From NCBI RefSeq assembly GCF_004010195.1, contig NC_057758.1:986562-1024369 (forward strand): DNA of 37,808 bases, written 5' to 3'. A model generated the notes under the pieces. The model did no database searches. It saw only the letters and a program-made list of their open reading frames with translations, and was not told the origin of the DNA. Source of the DNA: Chiloscyllium plagiosum. Its lineage: Eukaryota. The position numbers and the translations under genes were made by a program. The first letter of the stretch is position 1, and each line of letters starts with the position of its first letter. Positions 12,560-24,400 of the stretch are shown piece after piece.

Positions 12560-14600
12560 AAACTCTGGATACTGGAAATCTGAAACAAAAACAGGAATTG
12601 TCCTAAGATCTCAGCCAGTGCGGTAGCGTCAACGAAGAAGAATCACAGTTAATGTTTCTGGACCAATGGCTGTTCTTCAGAATTGATGGTAGCTCGATAA
12701 AGGATGTTTTTTTTAAAGTCGAGAACACGGGGGAAGCATGGGGTAAGAGTAAACGATAGATCGAGATAGAGAAAGAGAAACAAAACTGTTGGAAAGAAAA
12801 ATCAAACAATGATGCTCAGTCAGAGTTAATGAAATGCTGCTGATGGAGACTACTCGTGGCTGACAGGTACACTTGTGTGAGAACAACCCATGTGATAAAA
12901 CAGCCTGGTGTGTGGGGTTAGCAGAAAATGGCTAATGGTGCTCAAACACTAAATTTGTTGAACTTGACATAACTTCCATCAGGCTTCTGCGTTTCTAAGT
13001 TGTAAATGAAATGTCGTTCATTCATGGTGAAATGGTGGCTTGTCGAAATGTCAAACAACAGGAAGCTCAGTCAATTCTGCGGAAATAACGTAAGTGCTTC
13101 TTCAAAGCTGTCACACAGTCTGCATCCAGGAGTGGAGAAGACATTGTGACCAGCGAATACAACTATTGAGTGAAGTGCAGGTAAAGCGCTATTTCACCTG
13201 TACAGAGTAGGTGGGGCGTTGGATAATAAGGAGGAAGGATGTAAACAGGTAGTTGTTACACCTTCTGCAGTTGCAGAGGAAGATTCTGTGAAGGACTGGG
13301 GACGTGCTGGGAGTGACCAAAGAGTGAACCATCATCAGTCCGAGGGAACACTCCTTGTAGAAACCTGACAAGGTAGTCGCATCCCTCTGAAGATGTTGGA
13401 AGTGGGGGCTTATGATCCTGAGGATGTGAATGATTGTGGGAAGGCAGGCGATGACAAGCTGAATACGATTAGTTTTGTCAGAGACCAGATACGGGTAAAC
13501 TGTTGAATTGCAGGAAATAGACCAAATCTCTTCGAGTGCTCCCTCAGTTACATTGCTGTGGAATCGTACGGAGAGGAAAAAGGTGCCCAGTTTGCTGGCA
13601 CCCTTATCGAAGTTTGCAACGTCACAGCAGACGTGACAGAGACTGACGGAATGGTAGAATGAAAGAGAGTCTTTACATCAAGAAAATTGTGGGAGTCAAT
13701 GGGTTTATAGTGTACGTTGGTGATCAACCTATCCCAAGAAATGTAAACAGATATGACGAGGAAGGTAAAGGGGAACTGAGAGATGACCTTGGTGAAAGTG
13801 TGAGCAGGTTGGAGCATACATTTGTCCTGAAGAAAGTGAGAGGAATTAAAAGAGAACTCTTTCAATTTGATTGCAAGCTCAGACAGAGCGGGAGGGTGGT
13901 TTTGGCTGGAGACATTTCAAACCACATTTCCAGAAATAACTGCACAGACCTGATGCCATCTGATGGGGACTGTACGTGTAAAGTGATGCATGCGTATGGT
14001 CAATGAAACGCGGCTGCAAGTTGGGAAAAACCGACATTATATGACAGGGGAGTATCGGATATAATTTGAAACAGTCGGGAAACGGATGAAAACGTCGAGA
14101 CGAATACAGAGAGAGATGAGATATCTCGGGCAGGAACTGTCAGAAATAACAGGTCTGCCCCGATTGTCCTCTTTTTAGATTTGGGAAGGAGGTAATTAAG
14201 TCGAGGATGCGCACCAGGTGAAGTAAGGTCCGTAAGAATTGTGAACACAATGGCCTGGAGATCCGTGGTGGTGTCATGATACATGGGGAGACAGGAGGAA
14301 ATATCTAAGATATATCAGGCTCAGCAATTTCAAGGTTCGTACGCCACAGAACAGAAGCACCACCGGAGGTGGCAGGATTAATTACAAAGTTAAGGTTTAA
14401 TAGAGAATACTGAATGCAGTTAGTTCATAGTGAGACAAGTTGGAATGGGTAAGGGAGGCAAGAGCAATTGAGTTGAAAAATGTCATGCTGTCAGTTCTCA
14501 ATGAATACATCAAGTCCAGGTAAAAAGCCAGAAAGAGGGTTCCAGGTGGAAGGTTGGAAGTTGTTGAAGCGGTCTATCGACCAGGGAGAGGTTATTGTTA
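12560..14600 (-). mobile_element. Degenerate Penelope-like element (RT + GIY-YIG region + terminus)
   Basis: Minus-strand ORF fragments LITNVHYKPIDSHNFLD (PLE RT thumb), CNCRRCNN..IQRP..VQVK (Cys linker before GIY-YIG) and DLQAIVFTILTDL. Terminus ctggaaatctgaaacaaaaacag resembles the other PLE termini in the window. Confidence 0.8.
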
Positions 14601-14629
14601 AAAGAAACAGGCGCTGAGTTCAAAGAGTA

Positions 14630-15389
14630 CATGACGGGTCACTGCCCATTTCAATTCACCCAACCACTCCCTTTCTGACATGACATCCTTGGTCTCGTCA
14701 ATTGCCAAAACCAACCACAGCACAATCTGAAGGAACAACACCTCATCTTCTGCCCGGAAGATTAAAACACGGGTGATTAAACATTGAGTTCTCAAATTTC
14801 GAATCATATCACTCCATATCCCTTGATTCCCTTCCCAGCCCTTTCCCAACCCTTCTACTGCTTCCCTACCACCAACGGGTATGGTGGTTCAGTGGTTCGC
14901 ACTGCTGACTCACAGCACGACTGGTCTGGATTCGACTCTGACTGTCTGCATGGAGTTTGCACATTCTCCCCGTGTCAGTGTGGGTTTGCTCCGGTTGCTC
15001 TATTTTCCTCCTACTGTCCAAAGACGTGCAGGCCAGGTGAATTGGTCATGCTAAATTGCCCATAGTGATGGTGGCATTAGTCAGAGTGAAATGGGTCTGG
15101 GTGGATTACTCTTCAGAGGGTTGGTGTGGACTTGTTGGGCCGCACTGCCTGTTTCGACACTGTAGGGAATCTAATCTAAAAAGGGTATTGATTCCTCCCA
15201 TTGATCAGCCAGGTCGTACCTCTACCTGTCTTTACCTATCCCCACTTCACGATCCTACCAGCCACCACCCCTTTTACCTGCAGCTCCCCGCAAACCCACC
15301 CAAGTCTTGAAGAATGTTTACATCCGAAACGTTGACTTCTCCACCTACTGATTCTACCTGGCGTTTTGTAATTTTCCAGCCTCCTGCCT
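14630..15389 (+). mobile_element. Penelope-like 3' segment in the opposite orientation, interrupted by a SINE
   Basis: catttcaattcacccaaccactcc..gaaggaacaacacctcatcttc (HFNS..HS..EQHLIF) is the GIY-YIG C-terminus. It ends in the PLE terminus with ccgaaacgttgac. Confidence 0.75.
14876..15179 (+). mobile_element. HE1-like V-SINE
   Basis: tRNA-like head (ggtggttcagtggttcgcactgctgactcacagc), V-domain (ggagtttgcacattctccccgtgtc) and CR1-derived tail ending aatctaatctaa. Confidence 0.9.
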
Positions 15390-15545
15390 AGGTAAAAACA
15401 AGGGCTGCAGATGCTGGAAACCAGATTCCAGACTAGAGTGGAGCTGGAAACACACAGCATCCTAGGAGCAGGAAAATCCACGTTTCAGAAAAAAATCCCC
15501 TCATCAGGAATAGAGGCAGAGTGCCTGCAGGGTGGAGAGATAAAT
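15390..15545 (-). mobile_element. 156-bp Penelope terminal fragment with perfect 13-bp TSD
   Basis: Flanked by cagcctcctgcct at 15377-15389 and 15546-15558. Internal ctgcagatgctggaaaccagatt..cgtttc..tcatcagg is a PLE terminus. Confidence 0.85.
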
Positions 15546-16904
15546 CAGCCTCCTGCCTGTCGAGCATTGAAGGCTATGGCATGGAGGTGTGTAATGATGA
15601 GTGTATTCAATCTGCATGACATCTTTTGCAAAAACAAGTCTGTGGTAGCATGAATAATGGAGGTGAACCAGCCATCAAGATGAAGAAAACATGTAAGCAC
15701 AGCAGTACTCGTAAAAAACGGCTCACTAAAACGCATGTTTGAGAATTAAAATAAACATGGGAACGAATGAAATTGTAAGGAATTAAGCAGATGGGAAAGA
15801 ACTTGGTACAACTGGCAAATTTCCCGATAGATGAGGTTAGGGACGGGGTTGGAATTTTAGTTTGATAAAATATAAATCTTTTACAATTGAGTGCAGCGGC
15901 TGAAACACTTCTGACAGTATGTCCTTTGAATGAAATCACATGACCATCGACGCTGTTCTCCCCAGAATTTTATCCGACCAAACAGGCTGTTATCTAACAT
16001 CAGCTTTATTGTCGGCAAGACTTGCAAAGAATTGACTTAATGGAACCATGGAACATAATTCCGTATTGGGGACGGGGTGGGGGGCGTGGAGGTGGTGCTG
16101 ATGGTGGTAGAGAGACACACATTCATCAGGCAGAATATGCAAGTATCATTTTTACATTATTACGGCATCACAGAAAAAGCGATAAAAGTAGTAAACTGTT
16201 AAATAGAGTTTGAAAAGCTGCATTGAAGAGACAACCAAGGTGAGAACTAAAAGTGGGACACAGTGATTCTAAACAAATGCAAGACAAATTATCAGACACA
16301 TTCATTTACCGACAAGATTGTTTGCAAGCTTTTTGGCCCTAAGCAATTCTCAGAGGTGGTGAGAGACTCTGTACCTGAAGCACTCAGTTGTTTATGGACA
16401 ATCATGGGCAAAAAAATCAGACAGAAGGATCCGTGATGGCACACAAAATGAAAGTGATGAGCGGGATGAGGCTGATATTGCTGCCTGAAATTCAGCATTC
16501 AGAGAACCCAGCAACCAACGTGCCTGAACATCGAGGTTTGAAAAGTTTCGAAGGTCTGAGGAGCATCGACAATGCTCTGTGACCAAAGTGGGAGATTCTC
16601 ACGATGCAAGCTATGGAGGAGCGTAGATATTTCAGAGGGCTTTGGTTTGAATCAGATCATTGATGAATAATAAACTATCAGAAGGAGTTTGGAAAGGAAA
16701 GGTTTGCCACAGGCCAATTTGGTTTAAATAAAGCTTTCATTGCCATTTCAATAGGTATACACCAGACTTTCATGCTTTGAATTTCTTGTTTCTTTCAATC
16801 TGTTGTTTCAACCAAACGAAAACTTACCTCACTCTTTATTTGTTAAATGACGGCAATTCCTGTGAATAATATAACTGATTTATTTCCCGAAGTTTTGATG
16901 CATG

Positions 16905-16912
16905 CATAAATA
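16905..16912 (+). promoter_or_regulatory. Candidate TATA-like box for the GPCR gene
   Basis: cataaata about 65 nt upstream of the ATG at 16973. Position-based only. Confidence 0.3.
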
Positions 16913-16972
16913 TAGATTTACTTCCATGCCTCTGAGATTTAAACTCTGAAGAAACATTCACTGTCTCACAAA

Positions 16973-18760
16973 ATGATGAAGCCTGCAATTCTGCTGGTGA
17001 AAGAAATTTACGACACTATACTTGCACTTGTTGCTCTTCCTGGTGAGTCGCTTCATTTCTAAAGCCATTTTTATCAATAAGCTTGTTCAGAAATATTTTA
17101 CAAACGTCTGGAACAGTTGGATTCGCTTCAGGGTTTCTCGGTTCAGGGACAATGGGACTACCCTTTTTCCACAAGATCGCTCAGTGAGCCATGATAATAT
17201 GTTTGTGTTTAGCCCTATCCAAGTTTTGATTTGTTACCTGCACATTCAGTCAAGTAACCGATATCTTCCGTGTCAACGTTTCATAACAACTAATTTTGAG
17301 AGCTAATCGATCAACGGTGGCTCAGTGGTTCGCGCTGCGACCTCACAGTGCCAGGAACAGTGTTTTCAAAACTACCTCGGACGACTGTCTATGTCGCCTA
17401 TGTACGTTGTCCCTGTGCCTGTGTAAGTCTCCTCCGAATTTCCGATTTTCACTCGCTGGCAAAGTTAAGCAGGGTGGATGAATTGGTCATTTTCAATTGC
17501 CATTGTGTCCAGGGATGTGCAGGCCTTGTGCGTCAGCCGTCCAATATGGAGGGTTACTGTGCGGTGCAGGATGGTCTTCTGAACTTTGATGTGGACGTTT
17601 TGGATGAAACAGCCTGCTTTCACACTGGAGTGGTTCTACCATTGTATGAACCTTGCGTTCTCATCTCTGCTTTAATTAATATCCAATGCTGGTGTGATAA
17701 TAATGTTATTTCATGTACTAATTATTTTTCTTGCACTGTTAAGGAATTTTAACAAATGACATGCATGATCAGGCTCTGTCATGAATATTATCATGAATCA
17801 CTATTTGGTTTATCACTCACTGCTGTTTCTCTCCATCATAGCGAACTTGGCCACAATTTGGATTATTTCACTGAGAAAATGCGGCCTTACCAAATGTGTC
17901 ACGTTTTACATGTTGGCCATGGCAGCACAGATGTACTGGTCATCAACAATTCATCTACTGCATCTTCAGTTATCACTTTCCTTGGTAAGTCTTGTCCATC
18001 ACGCCTCTCTGCAGAGTCATTATATACATGACTGCTGTTACTTCTGAGTTGTCTGTCTGGTGCGTTGTCTCCTTCACATTTGACTGATTTATACTAATTT
18101 GCTGCCAGAAGTTTCAAACAAAATACTGCACCCAAAGTACTGCAAACATTCTTGTAATAACCATCACAGTTGTAATCGTATTGAAAGGTATGCCAGTTTT
18201 GTTTGCTTATGAACCCGAACAAATTAGTAACAAAGTGCAGTGGGGCTGCCGGTCAAGCAAAGCATTTTTTTTCATCTTCAGCAGCAATAGTATTTGTCTG
18301 GTTTTATAGCGCCTGTATCGTTTGGATTCCCTTTTCTCTGATTGTCTTGAGTAATTCATCTGCAGCGTAATTCATTAATTGTCAAACGTATTGTACGAGC
18401 GAATAGAAACCCCACTGCACTGCGGAGCTCCAGGAGTGGGAATGAAAGTGACTCAGCAATGGAGAACCGCAGGATGTCCAGAATTTTATTATTCTGCATA
18501 ACGGTAAGTTTCCTCTTGCTCTGGTTGCCAATTTCCGTGACTTTAGGCATTACCAGACTAACAGGCACCATTTATTACCGAGGAAAGTTCAGAGACCCTG
18601 AATTTATCGCCAAGAAAACTGCAGATATCTTGATATATTTTAATTGTTTTCTAAACCCCTGTATTTATGTCACGACCCAAAGCAAGATCAGAGGAGAGAT
18701 GAAAAAATGTCAACATTTCCATGGATTTTAATTTGGAGACACTTCGATCGAAATATGTAA
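16973..18760 (+). pseudogene. GPR139/GPR142-like class A GPCR pseudogene, two exons (16973-17042; 17842-~18760)
   Basis: Exon 1 MMKPAILLVKEIYDTILALVALP with donor G|GTGAGT; acceptor ctccatcatag| at 17841 (phase 1). Exon 2 reads ANLATIWIISLRKCGLTKCVTFYMLAMA..TPLC..SVWCVVSFTFD*FILICCQKFQTKYCT..WGCR..MENRRMSRILLF..SFLLLWLP..NCFLNPCIYVTTQSKIR. Stops at 17986-17988 and 18085-18087; frameshifts near 17925-17962, 18265-18272, 18351-18375 and probably ~18705. Confidence 0.92.
17312..17648 (+). mobile_element. Old HE1-like SINE in the GPCR intron
   Basis: acggtggctcagtggtt..cctcacagtgccagg head, degenerate V-domain and cctgctttcacactg tail. Confidence 0.8.
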
Positions 18761-18892
18761 AATGACTTCGTCAGAGAAAGTGGCACAGCTGAAGAAAATT
18801 TTATTTTAACATCTTTTTCGAACAGAAAACGTGCTAAAATAACATACCTTTTATTTCAATATTCAATGTGTTGGATTTCCTATGGGAACTTT

Positions 18893-19036
18893 GATGTCAG
18901 TTCTGAGGAAGGGTCACTTGAGCCGAAACGTTAATTCTGATTTATCTTGCAAAATGCTGTCACAACTGCAGAGTATTTTCCAGTAAACTTATGTTATTGA
19001 TTATGATTTAAGGCATCTGCAAATGTTTCGGTTTTA
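18893..19036 (+). mobile_element. Penelope terminal fragment
   Basis: ctgaggaagggtcacttgagccgaaacgttaa..atgctg..ttttccag..gcatctgca matches the PLE termini elsewhere in the window. Confidence 0.75.
18903..18932 (+). ncRNA. Minimal hammerhead ribozyme-like core (PLE-associated)
   Basis: CTGAGGA-AGGGTCACTTGAGCC-GAAAC-GTT fits CUGANGA/stem II/GAAA/NUH with a palindromic ACGT stem III. Stem II has one mismatch. Confidence 0.5.
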
Positions 19037-19569
19037 ACAGCTGATGTGGGTACAGTTCTCTGTTTCCTGAATCTTTGTTGAGTAAAGAAAACCTCCTTCA
19101 GGAAGTATAGCACATCCAGCACTCAGAGATCTAAGACAAACTGATGATTATGTATCTGCAACAAAAAACAATTTATCTTAAATGCAGCTACAAGTTCGAA
19201 GACGTCTTTTTGAAAGCATCAATTAACTTGTATTTAGTCTTCAGCAAAGGAACGGTATTTTCACATGCCTTGTTAATTCTCAGGACACTACATCAGAATA
19301 TTGTTAGGTGTGGACACATTAAGGCAGAGGTCATCAAGGTGAAATTTGACTTGACACTTTCACACAACTGATATTCTTTGAACGAAACAGTCCACACTCA
19401 GTCCATCGATAACACTTCTCATTTTATACAATTGGTTTTCCCACTCATTAATACTAGTTTCGAACCAATTGCGACGTGTACAGCATCGTCTTAGTAAGTT
19501 TATAAAAAAATGTAAAATGATGCTGAAAGTCAGCATGTGTAATCACATCTGCGAAGAATGGAAACAGAG

Positions 19570-21085
19570 TTAACTACCACCGCTGGCAGTACCCAACACT
19601 CCCTTTGTAAAGAAGCTTTCTCTGACATCTCCCTTGAATCTCCCACTCATCACCTTAATATTACGCATCCTCATGATTGTCATTTCAGCCCTGGCAAAAA
19701 AGTCTCCTGCTATCCACTTTATCTATGCCTCTCATCATCTTGTACACCTCTATCAAGTCACAGCTTATCCTTCTTCGTTCAATGAAGAAAATCCTTTCTT
19801 CAGAAGACATGCCCGACAGTCCAGGCAGCATCCGAGTAAATCTTCTCTGCACTCACTCGAAAACTTCCTGTAACGAGGCGAACAGAACTGAACACGAGTT
19901 GGAGGTGTCAGTGTTGTTCTGGGCGGGGGAGTACGCAAAGTTAAAAATCACACAACACCAGGTAATAGAACATAGTACATAGATACAACAATACAGAGCA
20001 GAACAGGCCTTCAGCACTCGATGGTGCGTCGACCTGTGAATTAATCTAAGCTTCTTCCCCTACACTATCTCATCATCATCCATGTCCATGTGCATAGTCC
20101 AACAGGTTTATTTGAACGGAACACAGCATTCCAAGCATGCTCTAACCAGGTGTTTACAGAGTTGCAGCATAACCTCACGGCTCTTAAAATTAAGTCTCCT
20201 CCAAGTGAAAGCCAACACACCATACGCCGTCTAAGTAAATCTATCAAATTGGGTGAACAGATTGAGGGATCTATGCGCATCGAGACCAACATCCCTCTGT
20301 TCCTCCACGCTGCCAGGAATCCTGCCTTTAAACCTGTAATTTAGTGTGACCTTCCATAACGAATCATTTCATACTTTGCCAGACTGAGCTCTTTCTGCCA
20401 CTTCTCTGTCCAACTCTGTATCCTGATAATATGCCATGGCAAAATACAACAGCCTTCCACACTATTCACTACTTCATCCATCTTCGTTCAATCAGCGAGT
20501 TACTAATCAAAAATTATACTTCGTTATCCAAGTCATTTAAATAAATCGCAAAGAGTAGCGGTCCCACAACAGATGCCTGTCGAACAACACTGGTTACTGA
20601 GCTCCAGGCTGAATATTATCCATCTACTGCCACTCTCTGTCTTCTATGGACCAGCCAATTCCGAATCTAGGAAGCTAATTTTCCCTGTATCTCATCCATC
20701 CTTATTTTTTGAATGGCCCTCCAATGGGGAACCTTATCAAGCGTCTTGCAAAACTCCATACACACAACATCCACTGTTCTACCTTCATCAATGTGTTTTG
20801 TTATATCCTCAAAGAATTCAATAAGTGTTTGCGAGGCATGAGCTGCCTTTCGTGAAGCTATGCTGAATATATCTAATGAAAGTATTCTTTTCCAAATAAC
20901 CAAAGTATAATTTTCCTATGATCACAACTCCGATCCTTCCGAATCCTCTATAAAAAATTGCCCACCACATCCGTAAGAATGACTGGTCCGTAATACACAA
21001 AATTATCCCTATTCTCTTAATCAAAGAAGAGAATTTACCACCCTCCAATCATCTGGTACTACTCGCGTGGGCATCGAGATAGCAA
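19570..21085 (-). mobile_element. Degenerate CR1 LINE with nested insertions at 19896-20113
   Basis: Minus-strand fragments LIEFFEDITKHIDEGRTVDVVCMEFCKTLDKVPH and QHSF.KG.SCL; 3' ORF2 remnants at 19570-19895. Confidence 0.85.
19896..20113. mobile_element. Short Penelope-like repeat fragment, itself split by a CR1 3' tip (19965-20093)
   Basis: aaagttaaaaatcacacaacaccaggta|atag ... atag|tccaacaggtttattt is interrupted by atagaacatagtacatag..caggccttc, a minus-strand CR1 tail. The PLE family assignment is from recall of shark repeats. Confidence 0.6.
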
Positions 21086-21141
21086 AGAGTTCCTGCTGGT
21101 AGTTGGAGAAGTCACAGGGTTATATACCTGAGAAGGTTTTT

Positions 21142-21459
21142 TTTAGATTAGATTAAATTACTTACAGTGTGGAAACAGGCCCTTCGGCCCAACAAGTCCA
21201 CACCGACCCGCCGAAGCGCAACCCACCCATACCACTACATTTACCCCTTACCTAACCACTACAGGAATTTTAGCATGCCAATTCACCTAACCTGCACATC
21301 TTTGGACTGTGGGAGGAAACCGGAGCACCCGGAGGAAACCCACGCAGACACAGGGAGAACGTGCAAACTCCACACATTCAGTCGCCTGAGGTGGGAATTG
21401 AACCCGGGTCTCTGGCGCTGTGAGGCAGCAGGGCTAACCACTGTGCAACCATGCCGCCC
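21142..21459 (-). mobile_element. Young full-length HE1-like V-SINE
   Basis: Minus strand begins GGGCGGCATGGTTGCACAGTGGTTAGC (A box) and has GGGTTCAATTCCC (B box), a V-domain and an (AATCT)n tail. Possible TSD aaggtt/aaagtt. Confidence 0.95.
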
Positions 21460-24400
21460 AAAGTTGCTCTACCTGAAACACTACTCTAGCGGTTTCTCCC
21501 ACCTATCTTCCTCCTCTAACCAAAAAAAAAAATGATGTGCTTTTGTTAGTAAGGTTTCAAATGTTTTCTTTCCTATTTCTTTTTTATTTTCAGCAAGTCT
21601 ATTTGGGAATTTAGATTAGTTGGAATTGAGCTTAAGGCAGTTGAATGTTCCTCCTGCAGTACGTGGGAGGTAATGGTCACCTCTAGTGTCCTGCTGACCT
21701 CAGTTGTGGAAAGTGCACTCAAATCTAGCTTCTCGAGAACCGTGTAATGGAACTGGAGCTGGAGATGTCTCAACTTCCGGTCATTCGGGAGGTGGAGGGG
21801 GTTATTGAGAGAACGTACAGGGAGGTACTGTCTACACAGCTACTTGAAGAAGGTAGATGGGTTACAGTCAGGGGTAGAAAAGGGACCCAGCAGGTTGTGC
21901 AGGGCTATTCGTGGTAGTTTCCTTCAACAACAAGAATACCATTTTGGATACTGTTGAAGGGGTGACGACTTACCGGGAGTAAGCAATGAGGCTCTGGTCT
22001 CTGGCGCAGAGTCTGTCCCTGTTGCTCAGAGGAGAACGGGCAAGAGAAACAGAGCTTTAATCACTGGGGACTCCATGGTAAGGGGACAGAAAAGAGATCT
22101 TGTGGGAATGAAAGAGACCCACGTTTGGTGCGTTGTCTCCCAGGTGCCAGGGTTCATGATGTCACTGTTTGTGTTTTCGGGACCCTTGAGGTGGAGGGGA
22201 AGCAGCCCTAAATCTTGGTCCACGTAGGCATCAACAACCTAGGTAGGAAGAAAGGTCTGGATCTAAGTCATAAACTCATGAAACTCGAGTGGAAACTTAG
22301 AGCTGGAACAAACCAAGATGTTTTCTCCGGTTTGTTGCCCATGCCACGGGATTTGAAGCGAGAAACAGGCAGAGAGTGGAGTTGAACACGTGCAGGATCG
22401 TTCAGGAGGGAGTGTTTTCCGATTCTTAGATAATTGTGCTCTTTCTGGTGAACAGGATTGTCTGCACCTGAAACAGATGGGTACCAATATGGAGGGAGGG
22501 GTGGTATTTGCTCATGCTCTGTGGTGCAGTTTAAAGTCGGGCAGCTCGGGGAATGGAACCTAAATTGTCGTTCCTTTGTTCAGGAGATTGAGGGTAGTGA
22601 GGTTAGGGATGGGTTTACAAGGTCGCGAGAGAGCACTCCCTATCATGATATTGGCTTGACATCTGTGTACATCTGGAATAAGGTGGGTGAACTTTCGATA
22701 TTGTGGCCATTTCAGAGAGATGGCAAGAGAATCGACAGTAATGGCTGCTGCAGATTCCCATATTTAGATGATTCAGCAATAAGAGAGAAGATGGTCAAGA
22801 GGGTACGGGGTGTGGGTGGGCGGGAGGTTTGATATTGTTTATCAACAATAGTATTATTGCAACTGAGATAACGTTTGACTACACATTCAATGAGGTAGTT
22901 TGGGTTGGTGTGAGAAACAGGAAAGAAGCGGTCACCCTGTTGGGTGTTTTCTATGGGACTCCAAATTATTCCAGGCATGTACAGCAAAGGATAGCAAAGT
23001 TGATTCTCGGATGGAGCGAGAGTAAGACGATAGTTGTTATGGGGGACTATCACTTCCACAATATTGAATGGAGATGTTGTAGTTCAAGTAGCTGAGATGT
23101 GTCAGTTTTTGTTCAATGTGTGCACGAGGTATTTTTGGTACATTATGTAGACAGCCAAGAAGGGGATATAACATTTTGGATTTGTACCCGTGAATTAACC
23201 CGGCCAGGTGAGCGCCTTAGCGATAGTGATGAGCAGCAATAGGTGTACACTGCAGGATAAGAAGTATCACTGGGGGGAAAAGCAATTTTGATGCGATGAA
23301 AAAATCATTTAGGATTCATAGCATGCGGATGGAAACTGCAAAGGATGAACACACATAAAATGTGGAGCTTATTCAACGAAGAGAGACTGTGGGTCCTTGG
23401 TAACTTTATACCTGTCAGGCAGGGAAGGCAATTCTCGAGAGAGTGATCCATGGTTTACTAAAAAACTTGAAGCTCTTGTGAAGAGGAAGAAGAAGGGTTG
23501 TGTGAGGATCAGGCGTGAAAGCTCAGTTACGGGGCTTGAGAGTTATAAGTTAGCCAGAAAAGATCTAAACCATGGGCGAAGGAGAGATAGGAGGGGACAT
23601 GAGAAGTTGTTGGTGGACAGGATCAAAGAAATGTCTAAGGCCTTCTATAGGTGTGTCAGAATTCAAGGAATCCGAATTGTAAGATTAAGGCCAATTGAAG
23701 AAAGTAGTGGAAAGTTGTGTGCTGAATCTGAGGACATAGGGGAAGCGCTTAATGATTACTTTTCATCAGTATTCACATTGGAAAGACAAATTCACAAAGG
23801 ACAATATTAGTCAGAATACGGAGATACAGGCTACAACGTTAGACGGGATTATGGTTGACAAAGAGGAGGTCCGAGCAATTTTGGAAGATCTGAAAATAGG
23901 TAAGTCCCCTCAGCCGGCTGGGATTTATCCTCGGATTCTCTGGGAAGCCAGGGAGAAGATTGCAGGATGTTTGACTTCACACTTTCTGCCATCACTGTCA
24001 ACAGGGATAGTTCCAGAAGACGGGAGGATAGCAAATGTTTTTCTCTTTTTTAAGAAGAGGAGTCGGGACATCCCGGATAATAGTAGGTCAGTGATCAGTA
24101 CTTCAGTTGTTGAAAAGATTTTGGAAAACATTACAAGATGTAGAATTTATAATCATCTGGAAAGGAATCATTGGCTTAGCGATATTCAACACGGTTTTGT
24201 GAAAACTAGGTCGTCCCTCAATAACCTTATTGAGTTCTTCGAGAAGGTGACAAAACAGGTGCAGAAATCTGAACTGGTTTTTGGGGTGTCAATGGGCTTC
24301 AGTAATGCATTTGATAGGGATTCACATGGTAAGATATTATGCAAAAGACGGAGTTTCGATATTAAAGTTGATTTCGCGATTTGGATCAGAAATTGGCACC

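Noticed and set aside
15600..16900. Non-repetitive-looking region upstream of the GPCR as a possible additional gene or exon
   Set aside because: The short ORFs show no recognisable motifs, and I could not support any call by eye.
18459..18731. 90-aa ORF covering TM6-TM7 as a functional mini-receptor
   Set aside because: It is the surviving open stretch of the pseudogene, starting at an internal Met; there is no evidence of separate expression.
21380..21459. tRNA-like sequence with A and B boxes (also at 14876 and 17312)
   Set aside because: These are SINE heads continuing into V-domain and LINE-derived tails, not tRNA genes.
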